Source of the DNA: an uncultured Mycoplasma sp.
Lineage (GTDB): Bacteria; Bacillota_I; Bacilli_A; RF39; UBA660
NCBI GenBank assembly: GCA_964487215.1
Contig: CAZAPU010000003.1
Span: forward strand, 1-33,250
Direction: 5' to 3'
DNA length: 33,250 bases
Shown here in pieces: positions 1-9,748 of the stretch. The notes beneath the pieces are model-generated. The model was given only the letters and a program-made list of their open reading frames with translations. It ran no database searches and was not told the DNA's origin. Both the position numbers and the translations under genes were made by a program. The first letter of the stretch is position 1, and every line of letters starts with the position of its first letter.

Positions 1-28
1 TATATATTTTTGGCTTTCTTCAATCAAA

Positions 29-1111
29 TCATTTTTCACTTGTTTTACTAATATTCAAAATAATCCCAATGCTCGCCATACTAACTAATAAACTACTTCC
101 TCCATAACTAAGAAAAGGTAAAGTAACCCCTGTAACCGGAATTAATCCTACTACAACAGATAAATTTAAGATTGCTTGAAATATAATTTGAAATATTATT
201 CCAAATATTAAATACTTTGCAAATAAATCTTCAGTATTTAAAGCTATTTTTATTCCACAATGACATAAAATAATAAATAATAAGACTACAAATATGGCAC
301 CTACTATTCCAAATTCTTCACAAATAATAGAAAAAATAAAATCAGTTTGAGGCTCAGGTAAATACAATTGTTTTTGTCTAGAATTTAAAAAACCGAAACC
401 AAATATTCCACCAGGACCAATAGCATATAAACTTTGAATTATTTGAAATCCACTGCCTAACGGATCTTTCCAAGGATTAATAAAAGATGTAATTCTTTCT
501 AATCTATATGGTGCTATAGAGATTAAAGCTGTGATTCCCGCTAAACCAATCGCAAATAAATAATAAAAATATTTTACATCTAAACCCGAAATAAAAAATA
601 ATGATATAATCGATAAAACTAATATCATACCTGTACCAAAATCAGGTTGTAACATTATTAAGCCAAATGTTATAAGCATAATAATCAATACAGGTATAAC
701 TTGTTTTAAATTAATCTTATTAATTTTTGATAAATATTTAGATATTAAAATTATCAATCCTAGTTTAGCAAATTCACTTGGTTGAATACTAAAAGAAAAT
801 AAAGAAAACCAACTTTGAGAACCATTTCTAATTACTCCAATACCAGGAATTAATACTAATACTAAAAGAAAAAGACAAATTCCTAAAATGAGATTTGCCT
901 TTTTATAATATAATCTATAATTAATTTTACTTATTAGGTACATAATAATAAATCCCAGTATTGCAAACAATAATTGCTGTTTCATGTATTTAAATGAATC
1001 ATTAAATTTATACTCTGCCCATATTGATGAAGAAGAATAAACCATAATAATTCCAAAAACAATTAATAAAGCTAATGATATAAATAAAACTATATTATAT
1101 CTTTTTTGCAA
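29..1111 (-). CDS. ftsW: SEDS-family peptidoglycan polymerase (FtsW/SpoVE/RodA)
   Basis: 360-aa polytopic ORF with family motifs QPSEFAKL, QPDFGT, GSGFQIIQSLYAIGPGGIFGFG, PEPQTDFIFS and PVTGVTLPFLSYGGSS. Lies directly downstream of mraY, as in dcw clusters. TTG start preceded by AGGTGA. Confidence 0.9.
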   Translation of the reverse strand: MQKRYNIVLFISLALLIVFGIIMVYSSSSIWAEYKFNDSFKYMKQQLLFAILGFIIMYLISKINYRLYYKKANLILGICLFLLVLVLIPGIGVIRNGSQSWFSLFSFSIQPSEFAKLGLIILISKYLSKINKINLKQVIPVLIIMLITFGLIMLQPDFGTGMILVLSIISLFFISGLDVKYFYYLFAIGLAGITALISIAPYRLERITSFINPWKDPLGSGFQIIQSLYAIGPGGIFGFGFLNSRQKQLYLPEPQTDFIFSIICEEFGIVGAIFVVLLFIILCHCGIKIALNTEDLFAKYLIFGIIFQIIFQAILNLSVVVGLIPVTGVTLPFLSYGGSSLLVSMASIGIILNISKTSEK

Positions 1112-1131
1112 ATTACATCACCTAATAAATT

Positions 1132-2112
1132 TTATAACCAAACTGCAAAGAATATGCCAAGGAATGAACAAATAATTCCTAATAACCAAAATGCTTTTAC
1201 TATATCTGGTTCTTCAAAACCTCTTTTTTCAAAATGATGATGTATCGGTGAATTTAAAAACACCCTTTTTTTAGTCAATTTAAAATAACAAATTTGAATA
1301 ATTGAACTTGCTGTTTCAATTACAAATGGTAAACAAACAATAAATAAGGTTATCTCTCTTCTAGTAAGTATTGCTACTGTTGCAAGTACTCCTCCTAAAG
1401 CAAGAGAACCAGTATCTCCCATAAATACTCTAGCAGGATATCCATTAAACATTAAAAATCCCAATATTGTTCCAACTAAGATAAAACAAAATATTCCCAT
1501 ATCTTCTTGACCAATTAACAAAGAAATAAGTGCAAATGATATAAAGCTTATTGCAGAAAGACCTCCAGCTAAACCATCTAATCCATCTGTTAAATTAACC
1601 GCATTACTAAATCCAACTAACAATAGTAAAATAAATATTCCATAACCCCATCCTAAATTAATATTAATACCAAGAGTTGAAATAGTTAAATAAGTATTGC
1701 CATCATATTTCATAAAGATAAAAAAGAATACTAAAGCAATTACTATTTGTCCTAAAAACTTTTGTGTAATAGTTAATCCTTCATTTCTACCTTTCTTTAT
1801 ACTTAGATAATCATCTAAAAAGCCAAGCACCGCATATAACAAAAACACTATTAAAACTATGCCTAAATTGTAAGTAAATTCTATTCTCTTTGAAATAACT
1901 AAATAAGCTATAGTAATTATAGTTGGAATAATGAATATAAGTGCTCCCATTGTTGGAGTTCCTTCTTTTTTTCTATGATTTTCTCCTACATACTCGCCTA
2001 TTTTTTGTCCAAAATTAATTTTTTTTAAAAAAGGAATAAGTATTAAACCAAATATAACAGCAGATAAAAATCCAATCATTAATGAAAGAACTACTTTTGT
2101 TAAAATTAACAT
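1132..2112 (-). CDS. mraY: Phospho-N-acetylmuramoyl-pentapeptide transferase MraY
   Basis: 326 aa with motifs KKEGTPTMGA, NAVNLTDGLDGLAGG, VFMGDTGSLALGG and SPIHHHFE. Appears collinear with my recollection of Bacillus MraY over most of its length. GAGGTG SD upstream of the ATG. Confidence 0.95.
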   Translation of the reverse strand: MLILTKVVLSLMIGFLSAVIFGLILIPFLKKINFGQKIGEYVGENHRKKEGTPTMGALIFIIPTIITIAYLVISKRIEFTYNLGIVLIVFLLYAVLGFLDDYLSIKKGRNEGLTITQKFLGQIVIALVFFFIFMKYDGNTYLTISTLGININLGWGYGIFILLLLVGFSNAVNLTDGLDGLAGGLSAISFISFALISLLIGQEDMGIFCFILVGTILGFLMFNGYPARVFMGDTGSLALGGVLATVAILTRREITLFIVCLPFVIETASSIIQICYFKLTKKRVFLNSPIHHHFEKRGFEEPDIVKAFWLLGIICSFLGIFFAVWL

Positions 2113-2174
2113 ATTAACACCTCAATCTAATATATATTATATAATATATATTTGTTTTTTTATATAAATTTTAT

Positions 2175-3971
2175 CTAAAAATTAAATTTGCTGTAAAATC
2201 TATCTTTTTCTATTTTATTGCCCCATTTATTTTTTAGATATTCTTGTTCTTTTTGAAATCTTAATCTTTTCTCTTCAGTTACTTCATATCCTCTAGATTT
2301 GGATTCATAATGATACATTGTTACATTTGGAAGCATTACATTATAGTAACCCTTATCTAATAATTTTATATTCAAATCAACATCATTTAATGCTACTTTT
2401 AAATTTTCATCAAAACCATTAACTTCTAGAAATTTAGATTTTTTTATTAAAAGACAAGCAGCAGTAACTGCAGTATAATCATATGGTATTGCTAATCTGC
2501 CAAATAAACCATTATCATTTTTGTCTGCTGTAACATAAATATGACCAGCAAGACCACCATAGCCTAAAACAACTCCAGCATGTTGAACTTTATTATCTTT
2601 ATACAAAAGTTTTATTCCCACACATCCAACATGATCTTGCATACCATAACCGACCATCTCATCTAACCAATTATTATCTATAATTTCAGTATCATTATTT
2701 AAGAAAACAACATACTCACCATTTGCTCTTTTTACTCCTTCATTATTAATAAATGAGTAATTAAATTCACATTCTAATCTTAATACTTTAAAATTATCAT
2801 GTTCAATCTTATATTTGTTTAATAAATCAAAAGTAGTTTGTTCTGTACTATTATTATCAATTAAAATTATTTCATAATTTTTATAATTAGTTTTTTCATA
2901 AATAGAATCAACACAAGTTTTTAATAGTGAACTCTTATCTTTAATAGGAATTATAATAGATACAAGAGGATTATTATGTTCATAATGAGTAATATAAGCA
3001 CTTACTCTATCACTTGGAACAACTTTACCTTTTATATTTCTTCTTTTTAATGAGTCATTTAAAGCTAAAATAGCCTTATCTTTTGTATAATCTTTATTTC
3101 CAAGATAACCTGCTGTTGATGTTGCTGACATTCTCCAATGATATAAGATTTTTTCTATATGAAAAATTTTATTAGTTTGTTCAACAACTCTTAAAAATAA
3201 ATCATAATCTTGTGAACCATTATATTCACTTCTAAAACCACCTATTTTTTCTATAATACTTTTTCTAATCATTGTTAAATGACATATATAATTTACACTC
3301 ATTAATGTATCAGGAGAGTAATCAGGCTTAAAATGAGGTTCACATCTTAATCCTTTAAAATCAAGTTTATCTTCATCACTATATATCATATCAATTGTTT
3401 TATCATTGTTAAGTACCTCTACAAAATAATATAAGGCATCTTTGCTTATTGTATCATCATTATCAACAAGGACAATAAATTCACCTTTTGCCATATTTAT
3501 TGCAGTATTACTTGCTTCAGAAATATGACCATTTTTCTTCCTATATGTAATTTTTATTTTAGGATTATTTTCGTACTTTTTTAAAGTATAAATTGTTTCC
3601 TCATTTGTTGAACAATCATCTGCAAGACATATTTCAAAATTATTATAAGTTTGATCTAATATTGAATCTAAACACTCAGCTAATAATTTTTCACTTACAT
3701 TATACACAGGAATAACAATTGAAATAAGTGGATTATATTTAAAAGTTTTTCTTTCAAAATCTTTTTCATTTTCCTCTATCCATTTTAAATAAGCTTTTTG
3801 ATTAATAAATAAATTGGAAGTAGCACCTCTTTTAATTACTATCATAGCAGATTTAATATATTTTACTAAGGTTTTTGGTGGTATTAAAAAATGATGTCTA
3901 TTCCAAGCAAAATAAATACCTTTTTTTAATACATAAAATATTTTTTGAAATTTACCAATAAGTTTTTTCAT
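2175..3971 (-). CDS. Two-domain family-2 glycosyltransferase (candidate rhamnan/backbone polymerising GT)
   Basis: Two GT-A modules. The N module has SIVIPVYN, ADDCS, VDNDD and SQDYD. The C module has SIIIPIKD, IDNNS and FLNNDTEI. Paralogue of ORF 18794-20875. The ORF track starts at GTG 3980; I prefer ATG 3971, preceded by GGGTG. Confidence 0.85.
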   Translation of the reverse strand: MKKLIGKFQKIFYVLKKGIYFAWNRHHFLIPPKTLVKYIKSAMIVIKRGATSNLFINQKAYLKWIEENEKDFERKTFKYNPLISIVIPVYNVSEKLLAECLDSILDQTYNNFEICLADDCSTNEETIYTLKKYENNPKIKITYRKKNGHISEASNTAINMAKGEFIVLVDNDDTISKDALYYFVEVLNNDKTIDMIYSDEDKLDFKGLRCEPHFKPDYSPDTLMSVNYICHLTMIRKSIIEKIGGFRSEYNGSQDYDLFLRVVEQTNKIFHIEKILYHWRMSATSTAGYLGNKDYTKDKAILALNDSLKRRNIKGKVVPSDRVSAYITHYEHNNPLVSIIIPIKDKSSLLKTCVDSIYEKTNYKNYEIILIDNNSTEQTTFDLLNKYKIEHDNFKVLRLECEFNYSFINNEGVKRANGEYVVFLNNDTEIIDNNWLDEMVGYGMQDHVGCVGIKLLYKDNKVQHAGVVLGYGGLAGHIYVTADKNDNGLFGRLAIPYDYTAVTAACLLIKKSKFLEVNGFDENLKVALNDVDLNIKLLDKGYYNVMLPNVTMYHYESKSRGYEVTEEKRLRFQKEQEYLKNKWGNKIEKDRFYSKFNF

Positions 3972-4027
3972 ATTATTCACCCATAATAATTATACATTAA
4001 TAAAATTTTATCGTAAAGAAAATATTA

Positions 4028-4053
4028 AAAGAAGCATTAATTAATGCTTCTTT
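4028..4053 (-). terminator. Putative intrinsic terminator overlapping the gtrA-like stop codon
   Basis: Perfect 26-bp palindrome AAAGAAGCATTAATTAATGCTTCTTT. On the minus transcript it is followed by the U-rich run UAAUAUUUUCUU. The TAA stop (4037-4039) lies in the hairpin apex. Confidence 0.55.
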
Positions 4054-4438
4054 CTTCTAAAGTTAATTTTTTTGATATAAAATTATAAATCATTACTATA
4101 ATAGTAGCACCTATCTTAGTAATCATATAATAAACATCTAATATATCTGTACCCAACCACATGATTAATTGATTAATACCAAGACCTATAACACTTAATA
4201 CAATAAATATTATAAAATTTTTTTTCTTACTTGAGTTTTCTTTCACAGTAAATACAAATTTTACACTTGCAAAGTAATTAAAAATTACTGATACTGTAAA
4301 TGAAATAATTGATGAAGTTAAGTAATAAATATGTAAATACTCAGTACATACAAATAGTATTCCATAATCTATTAAAAAAGCTAATCCACCTACTACACCA
4401 AACTTTAAAATTTGTTGAATTAATTTTTTATTTTTCAT
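4037..4438 (-). CDS. GtrA-family small membrane protein (putative polyprenyl-phosphate-sugar flippase)
   Basis: 133 aa with 4 predicted TM helices. N-terminal FGVVGGLAFLIDYGILF signature typical of GtrA. Overlaps the upstream GtrB-like gene by 11 nt. Confidence 0.85.
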   Translation of the reverse strand: MKNKKLIQQILKFGVVGGLAFLIDYGILFVCTEYLHIYYLTSSIISFTVSVIFNYFASVKFVFTVKENSSKKKNFIIFIVLSVIGLGINQLIMWLGTDILDVYYMITKIGATIIVMIYNFISKKLTLEERSIN

Positions 4439-5363
4439 CTGGTTTTTTGCTCCTGATTAAAGTTAACTCAACTGTTTGACGATGCATTTTTACAATAACT
4501 TCTAATAAAATTCCACAAACAAACATCAATGTAGCCACAATTAACATAAATCCAGCAAAAATTAATGTAGGAAATCTTGGTACTAAACCTGTTTGAAAAT
4601 ATTCGATAAAAACAGGAGTACCAAATCCTAATGAAATGCACAAGAACAATAAACCAATAATAGTGAAAAAAATTCCCGGTTTATATTCTTTAAATAATCT
4701 TCCAATTGTTTTTAACACTTTAAATCCATCTTTATATGTATTTAACTTTGAAACACTTCCTTCAGGTCTATCTCTATAACTTACAGGTATTTCTTTTAAT
4801 AAAAAGTTTTTATCTAAAGCATGAATAGTCATTTCTGTTTCAATTTCAAAACCTTTAGATAATACAGGAAAATTTTTTACAAAATCATAACTAAAGGCAC
4901 GATATCCTGTCATAATATCTTTTACTTTTGAATCAAATAATGTATTTATTAGAAATCTAACTAATTTGTTTCCAAAATTATGAAACAATCTTTTATTTTC
5001 AGTAAAATATGTAGATGATAATCTATCACCAATTACCATATCTGCTTTACCTTCTAATACAAAATCACACATTTCTTTAGCATTCTCACAAGGATAAGTG
5101 TCATCACCATCAATCATTAAATAACAATCTGCATCTATATCCTTAAACATACTCCTAATAACATTGCCTTTTCCTTGTTTATATTCATATCTAACAATAG
5201 CTCCTGCTTTCTTAGCAATCTTATCAGTTCCATCACTTGAGTTATTATCATAAACATAAATATCTGCAGTAGGTAAAACTTTTTTATAATCTTTAACAAC
5301 TTTTTCAACAGTCTTACTTTCGTTATAACATGGTATTAAAACAGCTATTTTTTTATCTTTCAT
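4428..5363 (-). CDS. GT2 polyprenyl-phosphate glycosyltransferase (GtrB/CsbB-like)
   Basis: 311 aa. GT-A motifs VLIPCYNE, YDNNSSDGT and IDGDDTYP, plus two C-terminal TM helices, which is the GtrB/DPM1-like architecture. Confidence 0.85.
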   Translation of the reverse strand: MKDKKIAVLIPCYNESKTVEKVVKDYKKVLPTADIYVYDNNSSDGTDKIAKKAGAIVRYEYKQGKGNVIRSMFKDIDADCYLMIDGDDTYPCENAKEMCDFVLEGKADMVIGDRLSSTYFTENKRLFHNFGNKLVRFLINTLFDSKVKDIMTGYRAFSYDFVKNFPVLSKGFEIETEMTIHALDKNFLLKEIPVSYRDRPEGSVSKLNTYKDGFKVLKTIGRLFKEYKPGIFFTIIGLLFLCISLGFGTPVFIEYFQTGLVPRFPTLIFAGFMLIVATLMFVCGILLEVIVKMHRQTVELTLIRSKKPDEK

Positions 5364-5419
5364 TTTTACTTCCTCACTTCCAATTTTATTATATCAAAAA
5401 TCATTTTTAAAATAAATAA

Positions 5420-7345
5420 TTATTCAATAAAAGTAAATTTAAGCTTATTATTGATAATACTAATTTTATATAATTGACCTTCACTAATATTGTTATCAGT
5501 AAATAAATAACCATATTCATCAACAAAACTATCATCAATTTTAATCAAATATAAATAATCATATTTTTTTATTTCATTAATAGCAGCATTATAATCTTTA
5601 ATTGAACTATTTTCTTTATATGGTAAATTAAAATATTTAAGATTAAAGAATCTTGGATTGCTATAGTATTTTATAAAATATGAGTATTCAGAAGTTGCTC
5701 CATCAGCTACCACAAATACTTTACTATCATCTTCTGTATTTTTTATTACTTTTTCTGCATAAATTTCATATTGATTTTGCGGTCCATGTGAAATAGCAGG
5801 AATTAAAATTTTTATTCTTGATGGAATTTGAATTAACAATAGAACAACAAGAATTATTAATAAATCTCTTAAAAAGTTCTTAGAATTTTTTATTTTACTT
5901 TTCAATAGGTAAATAATAAAGAAAATTAACATTATTGCCAATACAAAAGTTGGCATATATCTATCATATGAAGCCAATGCTGGTCCTTCTACTTCTCCAA
6001 AAGAGAACATATATAAAATTAACATTGTAGCAGCATATCCAATAAAACCAACAAAAATCATACTACCAATTCCATAAATTTGATTTTTGTAAAAATAATC
6101 TCTATATTTTTTTGATAAGAATATTGCAATGCATACAGATATTAACATCCATAAAATATAATTAACTCTAATTAAAGAAGCTCCAACATTGTAATTAATT
6201 AAGCTACTTTTAAATGCTATAAATGTTGCTCGTTGATAATCAAAACCTCCATTACCTAATATAATACTTGGTAGTTCAAATACTTTTATGTCTGATAAAG
6301 AAAATTGAGCAGTAGCATTTAATGATTCTGTATATATTCCCCAAATTTTCCAAATAACTAATGGAATTACAATTAACAACACGAAACATTTCAAAAATAC
6401 TAAAATATTTTTTTTAGTAAACATTTTCTTAATTTTTATTTTACTTAAAAACTCTTTAAATTTAACATTTATATTATTTTTTAATAATAAATCTATTATA
6501 AATAAAAATATAATTAATAAGAAAAATGCTAAAGACATTTGCTTTGTAAGTAATAAAAACGATATTGTAATTGACAAATTAAGTAAAACAAAGTTATTTA
6601 AAGTATCTTTATTACTAATAATTAAATAAATTCCATATACAAATACTATTGCCATTACATAATCAGTATAAATCGAATTAATAATGCCATGCATATCAAA
6701 AGATAATATTAATAAATAGAATATTAATATCATTAAAATAATTTTCGTTATTGATTTTATTATTTTTTCTTTGTTAATTTTTATTTCACTAATAATAGGT
6801 ACAAAGAAACTAAATGATAAAATATGTAATGCAGTAATTAAATTTGATTCTGAATATCCTCCACTTAATTTACACCAAAATAATTCAAATAATTGAATTA
6901 TAGGTGGATAATCTTTATGAACCATTAAAGTAGATGCATCAACAGTATAAAACCTATCTAATCTAAGCATTTCTTTTACCATAACACCCCAATGAGAAAA
7001 TTCGTCCCAATCAGAGAATGATCTATTTAAATTAAAAACATAAAATAAAACAAAAATTATTAAGAATACAAAGAAACCCGTAGAAAAATATTTTTCTTTT
7101 ATTTCTCTAAAAAGTGTTTTTCTTTTAATCCAAATTACTATTAGTAATATTGGAAACATAATAGCAAATATTAAATTTAATATTAAGCCAACATAAAATG
7201 TTTTAAATATTAATTGACTGAAAAACAAACAAAATGCTGATAACATCATAACAATTGGTAATGAAATCCCAAATTTCTTTTTACTAATTATTACAAAGGT
7301 TCCTGTTGCAAATAAAAAATAAAATAATGGTACAATAAAATTCAT
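5420..7345 (-). CDS. Polytopic membrane protein, GT-C-like candidate extracytoplasmic glycosyltransferase
   Basis: 641 aa with more than 12 hydrophobic segments. SDWDEFSHWG acidic motif in the first predicted external loop and a ~120-aa soluble C-terminal domain. Sits just upstream of the GtrB/GtrA-like genes in the same operon. Confidence 0.55.
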   Translation of the reverse strand: MNFIVPLFYFLFATGTFVIISKKKFGISLPIVMMLSAFCLFFSQLIFKTFYVGLILNLIFAIMFPILLIVIWIKRKTLFREIKEKYFSTGFFVFLIIFVLFYVFNLNRSFSDWDEFSHWGVMVKEMLRLDRFYTVDASTLMVHKDYPPIIQLFELFWCKLSGGYSESNLITALHILSFSFFVPIISEIKINKEKIIKSITKIILMILIFYLLILSFDMHGIINSIYTDYVMAIVFVYGIYLIISNKDTLNNFVLLNLSITISFLLLTKQMSLAFFLLIIFLFIIDLLLKNNINVKFKEFLSKIKIKKMFTKKNILVFLKCFVLLIVIPLVIWKIWGIYTESLNATAQFSLSDIKVFELPSIILGNGGFDYQRATFIAFKSSLINYNVGASLIRVNYILWMLISVCIAIFLSKKYRDYFYKNQIYGIGSMIFVGFIGYAATMLILYMFSFGEVEGPALASYDRYMPTFVLAIMLIFFIIYLLKSKIKNSKNFLRDLLIILVVLLLIQIPSRIKILIPAISHGPQNQYEIYAEKVIKNTEDDSKVFVVADGATSEYSYFIKYYSNPRFFNLKYFNLPYKENSSIKDYNAAINEIKKYDYLYLIKIDDSFVDEYGYLFTDNNISEGQLYKISIINNKLKFTFIE

Positions 7346-7346
7346 A

Positions 7347-8495
7347 TTAATAATCTCCTTTAAATAAATCTTGATATTTTTTTATTATTATTTTCCAAGT
7401 ATAATTTTCTTTTATTCTTTCTTTAGCAAGTTTTCCTAATTTTTTACTTTCTTTTAATTTTACATCATCATCTAAAAGTTTTTTTAAATTATTTTCTCTA
7501 TCATTAAAATATAAGCAAGTATTTTTTCCAACTTCTTTATTGAAACTAACATTATATAAGATATTTAAATCAGTATAATTCATAGCTTCTAACAATGATG
7601 GATTAGTTCCACCTACTGAATGACCATGAATATAGAGAAAAGCATTTTTTCTTATAACACAAAGTTTTTGCTTGTCATAAACACCTGGAATAATTTTTAT
7701 TTTTTTATAGTTATCTAAATTATATTTATTTTTTAATTCTTCATAATATTTATCATTATTAGTATTAGAAATGATAACTAATTCCTTTTTTGTTTTCGAT
7801 TTTTTAAATTCTTTAATAATAAGATCAAAATTATTTTCTGGAACACATCTTCCTACAACTAATAAATAATTATCTTTTTTTAAATTAAATTCTGATAATA
7901 TTTCTTTTTGATTTAAATTATCTATATTAATTTCATCTGTACCATAAGCAATAAAATATTTAGGCACTTTATTATTTGGATAAGTTTTTTCAAAGTATGT
8001 TTTTATTCCTTCATTATCGCAAACAATTCCATCACAATTTTTTAACATTACTTTTTCTTCATATAAAAAGAATTTTTTTATTGGATAACTCCATTTAGAT
8101 CTTTTCCATTCAAGTCCATCTGGATTTACAAAAACCTTTATATTTAGTTTTTTTATTCTAGATTTCAATATTTTTAAAAATGGCCCCATTTTTAAACCTA
8201 AAATTAAAAATATACAATTACTTAATTTGTTTTGTTTAATATATTTCAAATAAAAATATAATGTTTTTATTGAATATATCATCATAGTAGAACCACCAGT
8301 ATTTTTAGTATAAATAGGATTACATACAATATTATCTTTTTTATATTCTTTTAAATTTTTATCATTAGTTAATTCACTAACAAAAATTTTATTGTCCTTT
8401 TTATCATAATTATCACAAAAATTTTTGGTAAAGGTTTCCCAACCACCATAATTTTTTTTATAGCCCTTTGAACCAATAATAAATATATTATTCAT
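7347..8495 (-). CDS. DUF1972-type GT4 glycosyltransferase (GacB/RgpA/WchF-like rhamnosyltransferase)
   Basis: 382 aa. N-terminus IIGSKGYKKNYGGWETF and C-terminal HGHSVGGTNPSLLEAM are hallmarks of this family as I recall it. Confidence 0.8.
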   Translation of the reverse strand: MNNIFIIGSKGYKKNYGGWETFTKNFCDNYDKKDNKIFVSELTNDKNLKEYKKDNIVCNPIYTKNTGGSTMMIYSIKTLYFYLKYIKQNKLSNCIFLILGLKMGPFLKILKSRIKKLNIKVFVNPDGLEWKRSKWSYPIKKFFLYEEKVMLKNCDGIVCDNEGIKTYFEKTYPNNKVPKYFIAYGTDEINIDNLNQKEILSEFNLKKDNYLLVVGRCVPENNFDLIIKEFKKSKTKKELVIISNTNNDKYYEELKNKYNLDNYKKIKIIPGVYDKQKLCVIRKNAFLYIHGHSVGGTNPSLLEAMNYTDLNILYNVSFNKEVGKNTCLYFNDRENNLKKLLDDDVKLKESKKLGKLAKERIKENYTWKIIIKKYQDLFKGDY

Positions 8496-8513
8496 TTATA
8501 TCACCAATTTAAG

Positions 8514-8543
8514 TATAACAAAAAAATACACATTTGTGTATTT
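8514..8543 (-). terminator. Putative intrinsic terminator after the GT4 gene
   Basis: AAATACACA..TGTGTATTT hairpin (8524-8543), followed on the minus transcript by a run of 7 U. Confidence 0.5.
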
Positions 8544-8554
8544 ATTATATAAAA

Positions 8555-9748
8555 TTAATTCTTATTTATAACTTTTTTTAAAACTCTTTCTAAGTCATCA
8601 AGACATTTTTCCTTTTTAAAATTTTTTAAATAATAATTAATACCATTTTTACCCCATTTTTCTAATTCCTCTTTGTTTTTATAATTATCTAATATAATTT
8701 TAGCAAGATTAGTATAATCAAGTGATTTACAAATCATTCCACAATTTGCTTCTTTTACTACTTCTTTTACTTCCCCATTAATTGCTCCAAAAATAGGTTT
8801 ACCTGCTAACATATAAGATTGTATTTTAGCTGGTAAAGTTGCATTAACTACTTCATTATCAGTCATTGTAATTATAAAAGCATCAGCAAGTTCATAATAC
8901 TTTTTCATCTCATCAACTGGATGATACCCATGAAACATAACATTATTTATTTTATATTTACTTACCATATCTTCACAAGTCTTCTTTGAAAGTCCATCTC
9001 CAACAATATGAAAGATAATATCTTTATTTTTCTTTAATAAATTAGCTGTTTCAATTATAGTTTCTACACTTTGAGCTGGTCCAATATTACCAGCAAAAAC
9101 TATATCAAACTTATCATTTTTATTCCATTTAATATTTTCATAAGCTGACTCTGCATAACTAGGTAAATATATAAAACCTTTGTTTTTTATATGTAATTCT
9201 TTCTCAAAATAGTTTTTAAAAGATTTAGAACTAATAGTTATTAAATCTGCTTTATTATAAGCATTTTTACTCCATTTATAAAGTATTTTATAAGCAAAAG
9301 AATTTTTACTAATACCTCCAGTTGTTATACTAATTGGCCATTGATCTAAAGTATAAATTACAAGTGGGATTTTTTTCATTTTCTTAACTACAATTGCTGG
9401 CCAAGTCATTGTAATTGGTGACAATTGAAACACATAAACAATATCAAAATCTTTTTTCATGAAAAAGGCTTTAATACTTCCAAATATTGCAAACCACATG
9501 TAATTAATTATCATTGAAATTAAAGAGTTACCTCTACCTACTAAAGAACATCTATTAATTTTTACACCATTTATTACTTGATTTCTATTTTTAAACCATT
9601 TATATTCTTTTAAAACCTTACCTTTGGGATAATTAGGAAGCCCTGTTAAAACAGTTACATCATTACCTCTTTTCACTAACTCAAAACAAATATCATTAAT
9701 TCTAAAATTTTCAGGAAAAAAATGTTGACATACTACTAATATTTTCAT
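8555..9748 (-). CDS. GT4 glycosyltransferase (WcaI/WbuB-like)
   Basis: 397 aa. N-terminus MKILVVCQHFFPENFRINDI..LTGLPNYPKGK and a C-terminal GT-B nucleotide-sugar motif region (LPAKIQSYMLAGKPIFG). Confidence 0.85.
   Translation of the reverse strand: MKILVVCQHFFPENFRINDICFELVKRGNDVTVLTGLPNYPKGKVLKEYKWFKNRNQVINGVKINRCSLVGRGNSLISMIINYMWFAIFGSIKAFFMKKDFDIVYVFQLSPITMTWPAIVVKKMKKIPLVIYTLDQWPISITTGGISKNSFAYKILYKWSKNAYNKADLITISSKSFKNYFEKELHIKNKGFIYLPSYAESAYENIKWNKNDKFDIVFAGNIGPAQSVETIIETANLLKKNKDIIFHIVGDGLSKKTCEDMVSKYKINNVMFHGYHPVDEMKKYYELADAFIITMTDNEVVNATLPAKIQSYMLAGKPIFGAINGEVKEVVKEANCGMICKSLDYTNLAKIILDNYKNKEELEKWGKNGINYYLKNFKKEKCLDDLERVLKKVINKN

Noticed and set aside
1132-2112. Possibility that this PNPT-family gene is the WecA/TagO-type primer of the polysaccharide pathway.
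   Set aside because: The sequence is collinear with canonical MraY, including HHHFE and the C-terminal FWxxG..L..LG...VWL pattern, and it sits before ftsW. Nothing suggests a GlcNAc-1-P transferase.
2129-2152. 24-bp perfect palindrome AATATATATTATATAATATATATT between the bi-GT2 gene and mraY.
   Set aside because: It is pure A/T low-complexity sequence with no following U-run on the minus transcript. It may contain a TATAAT box but is not distinguishable from background.
3989-4017. TTTACG-17-TATAAT (minus strand) upstream of the bi-GT2 gene, and TGTTATACT at 8512-8520 upstream of the DUF1972 GT4 gene.
   Set aside because: The predicted transcription start would fall on or within the SD sequence, so I did not list them as promoters.
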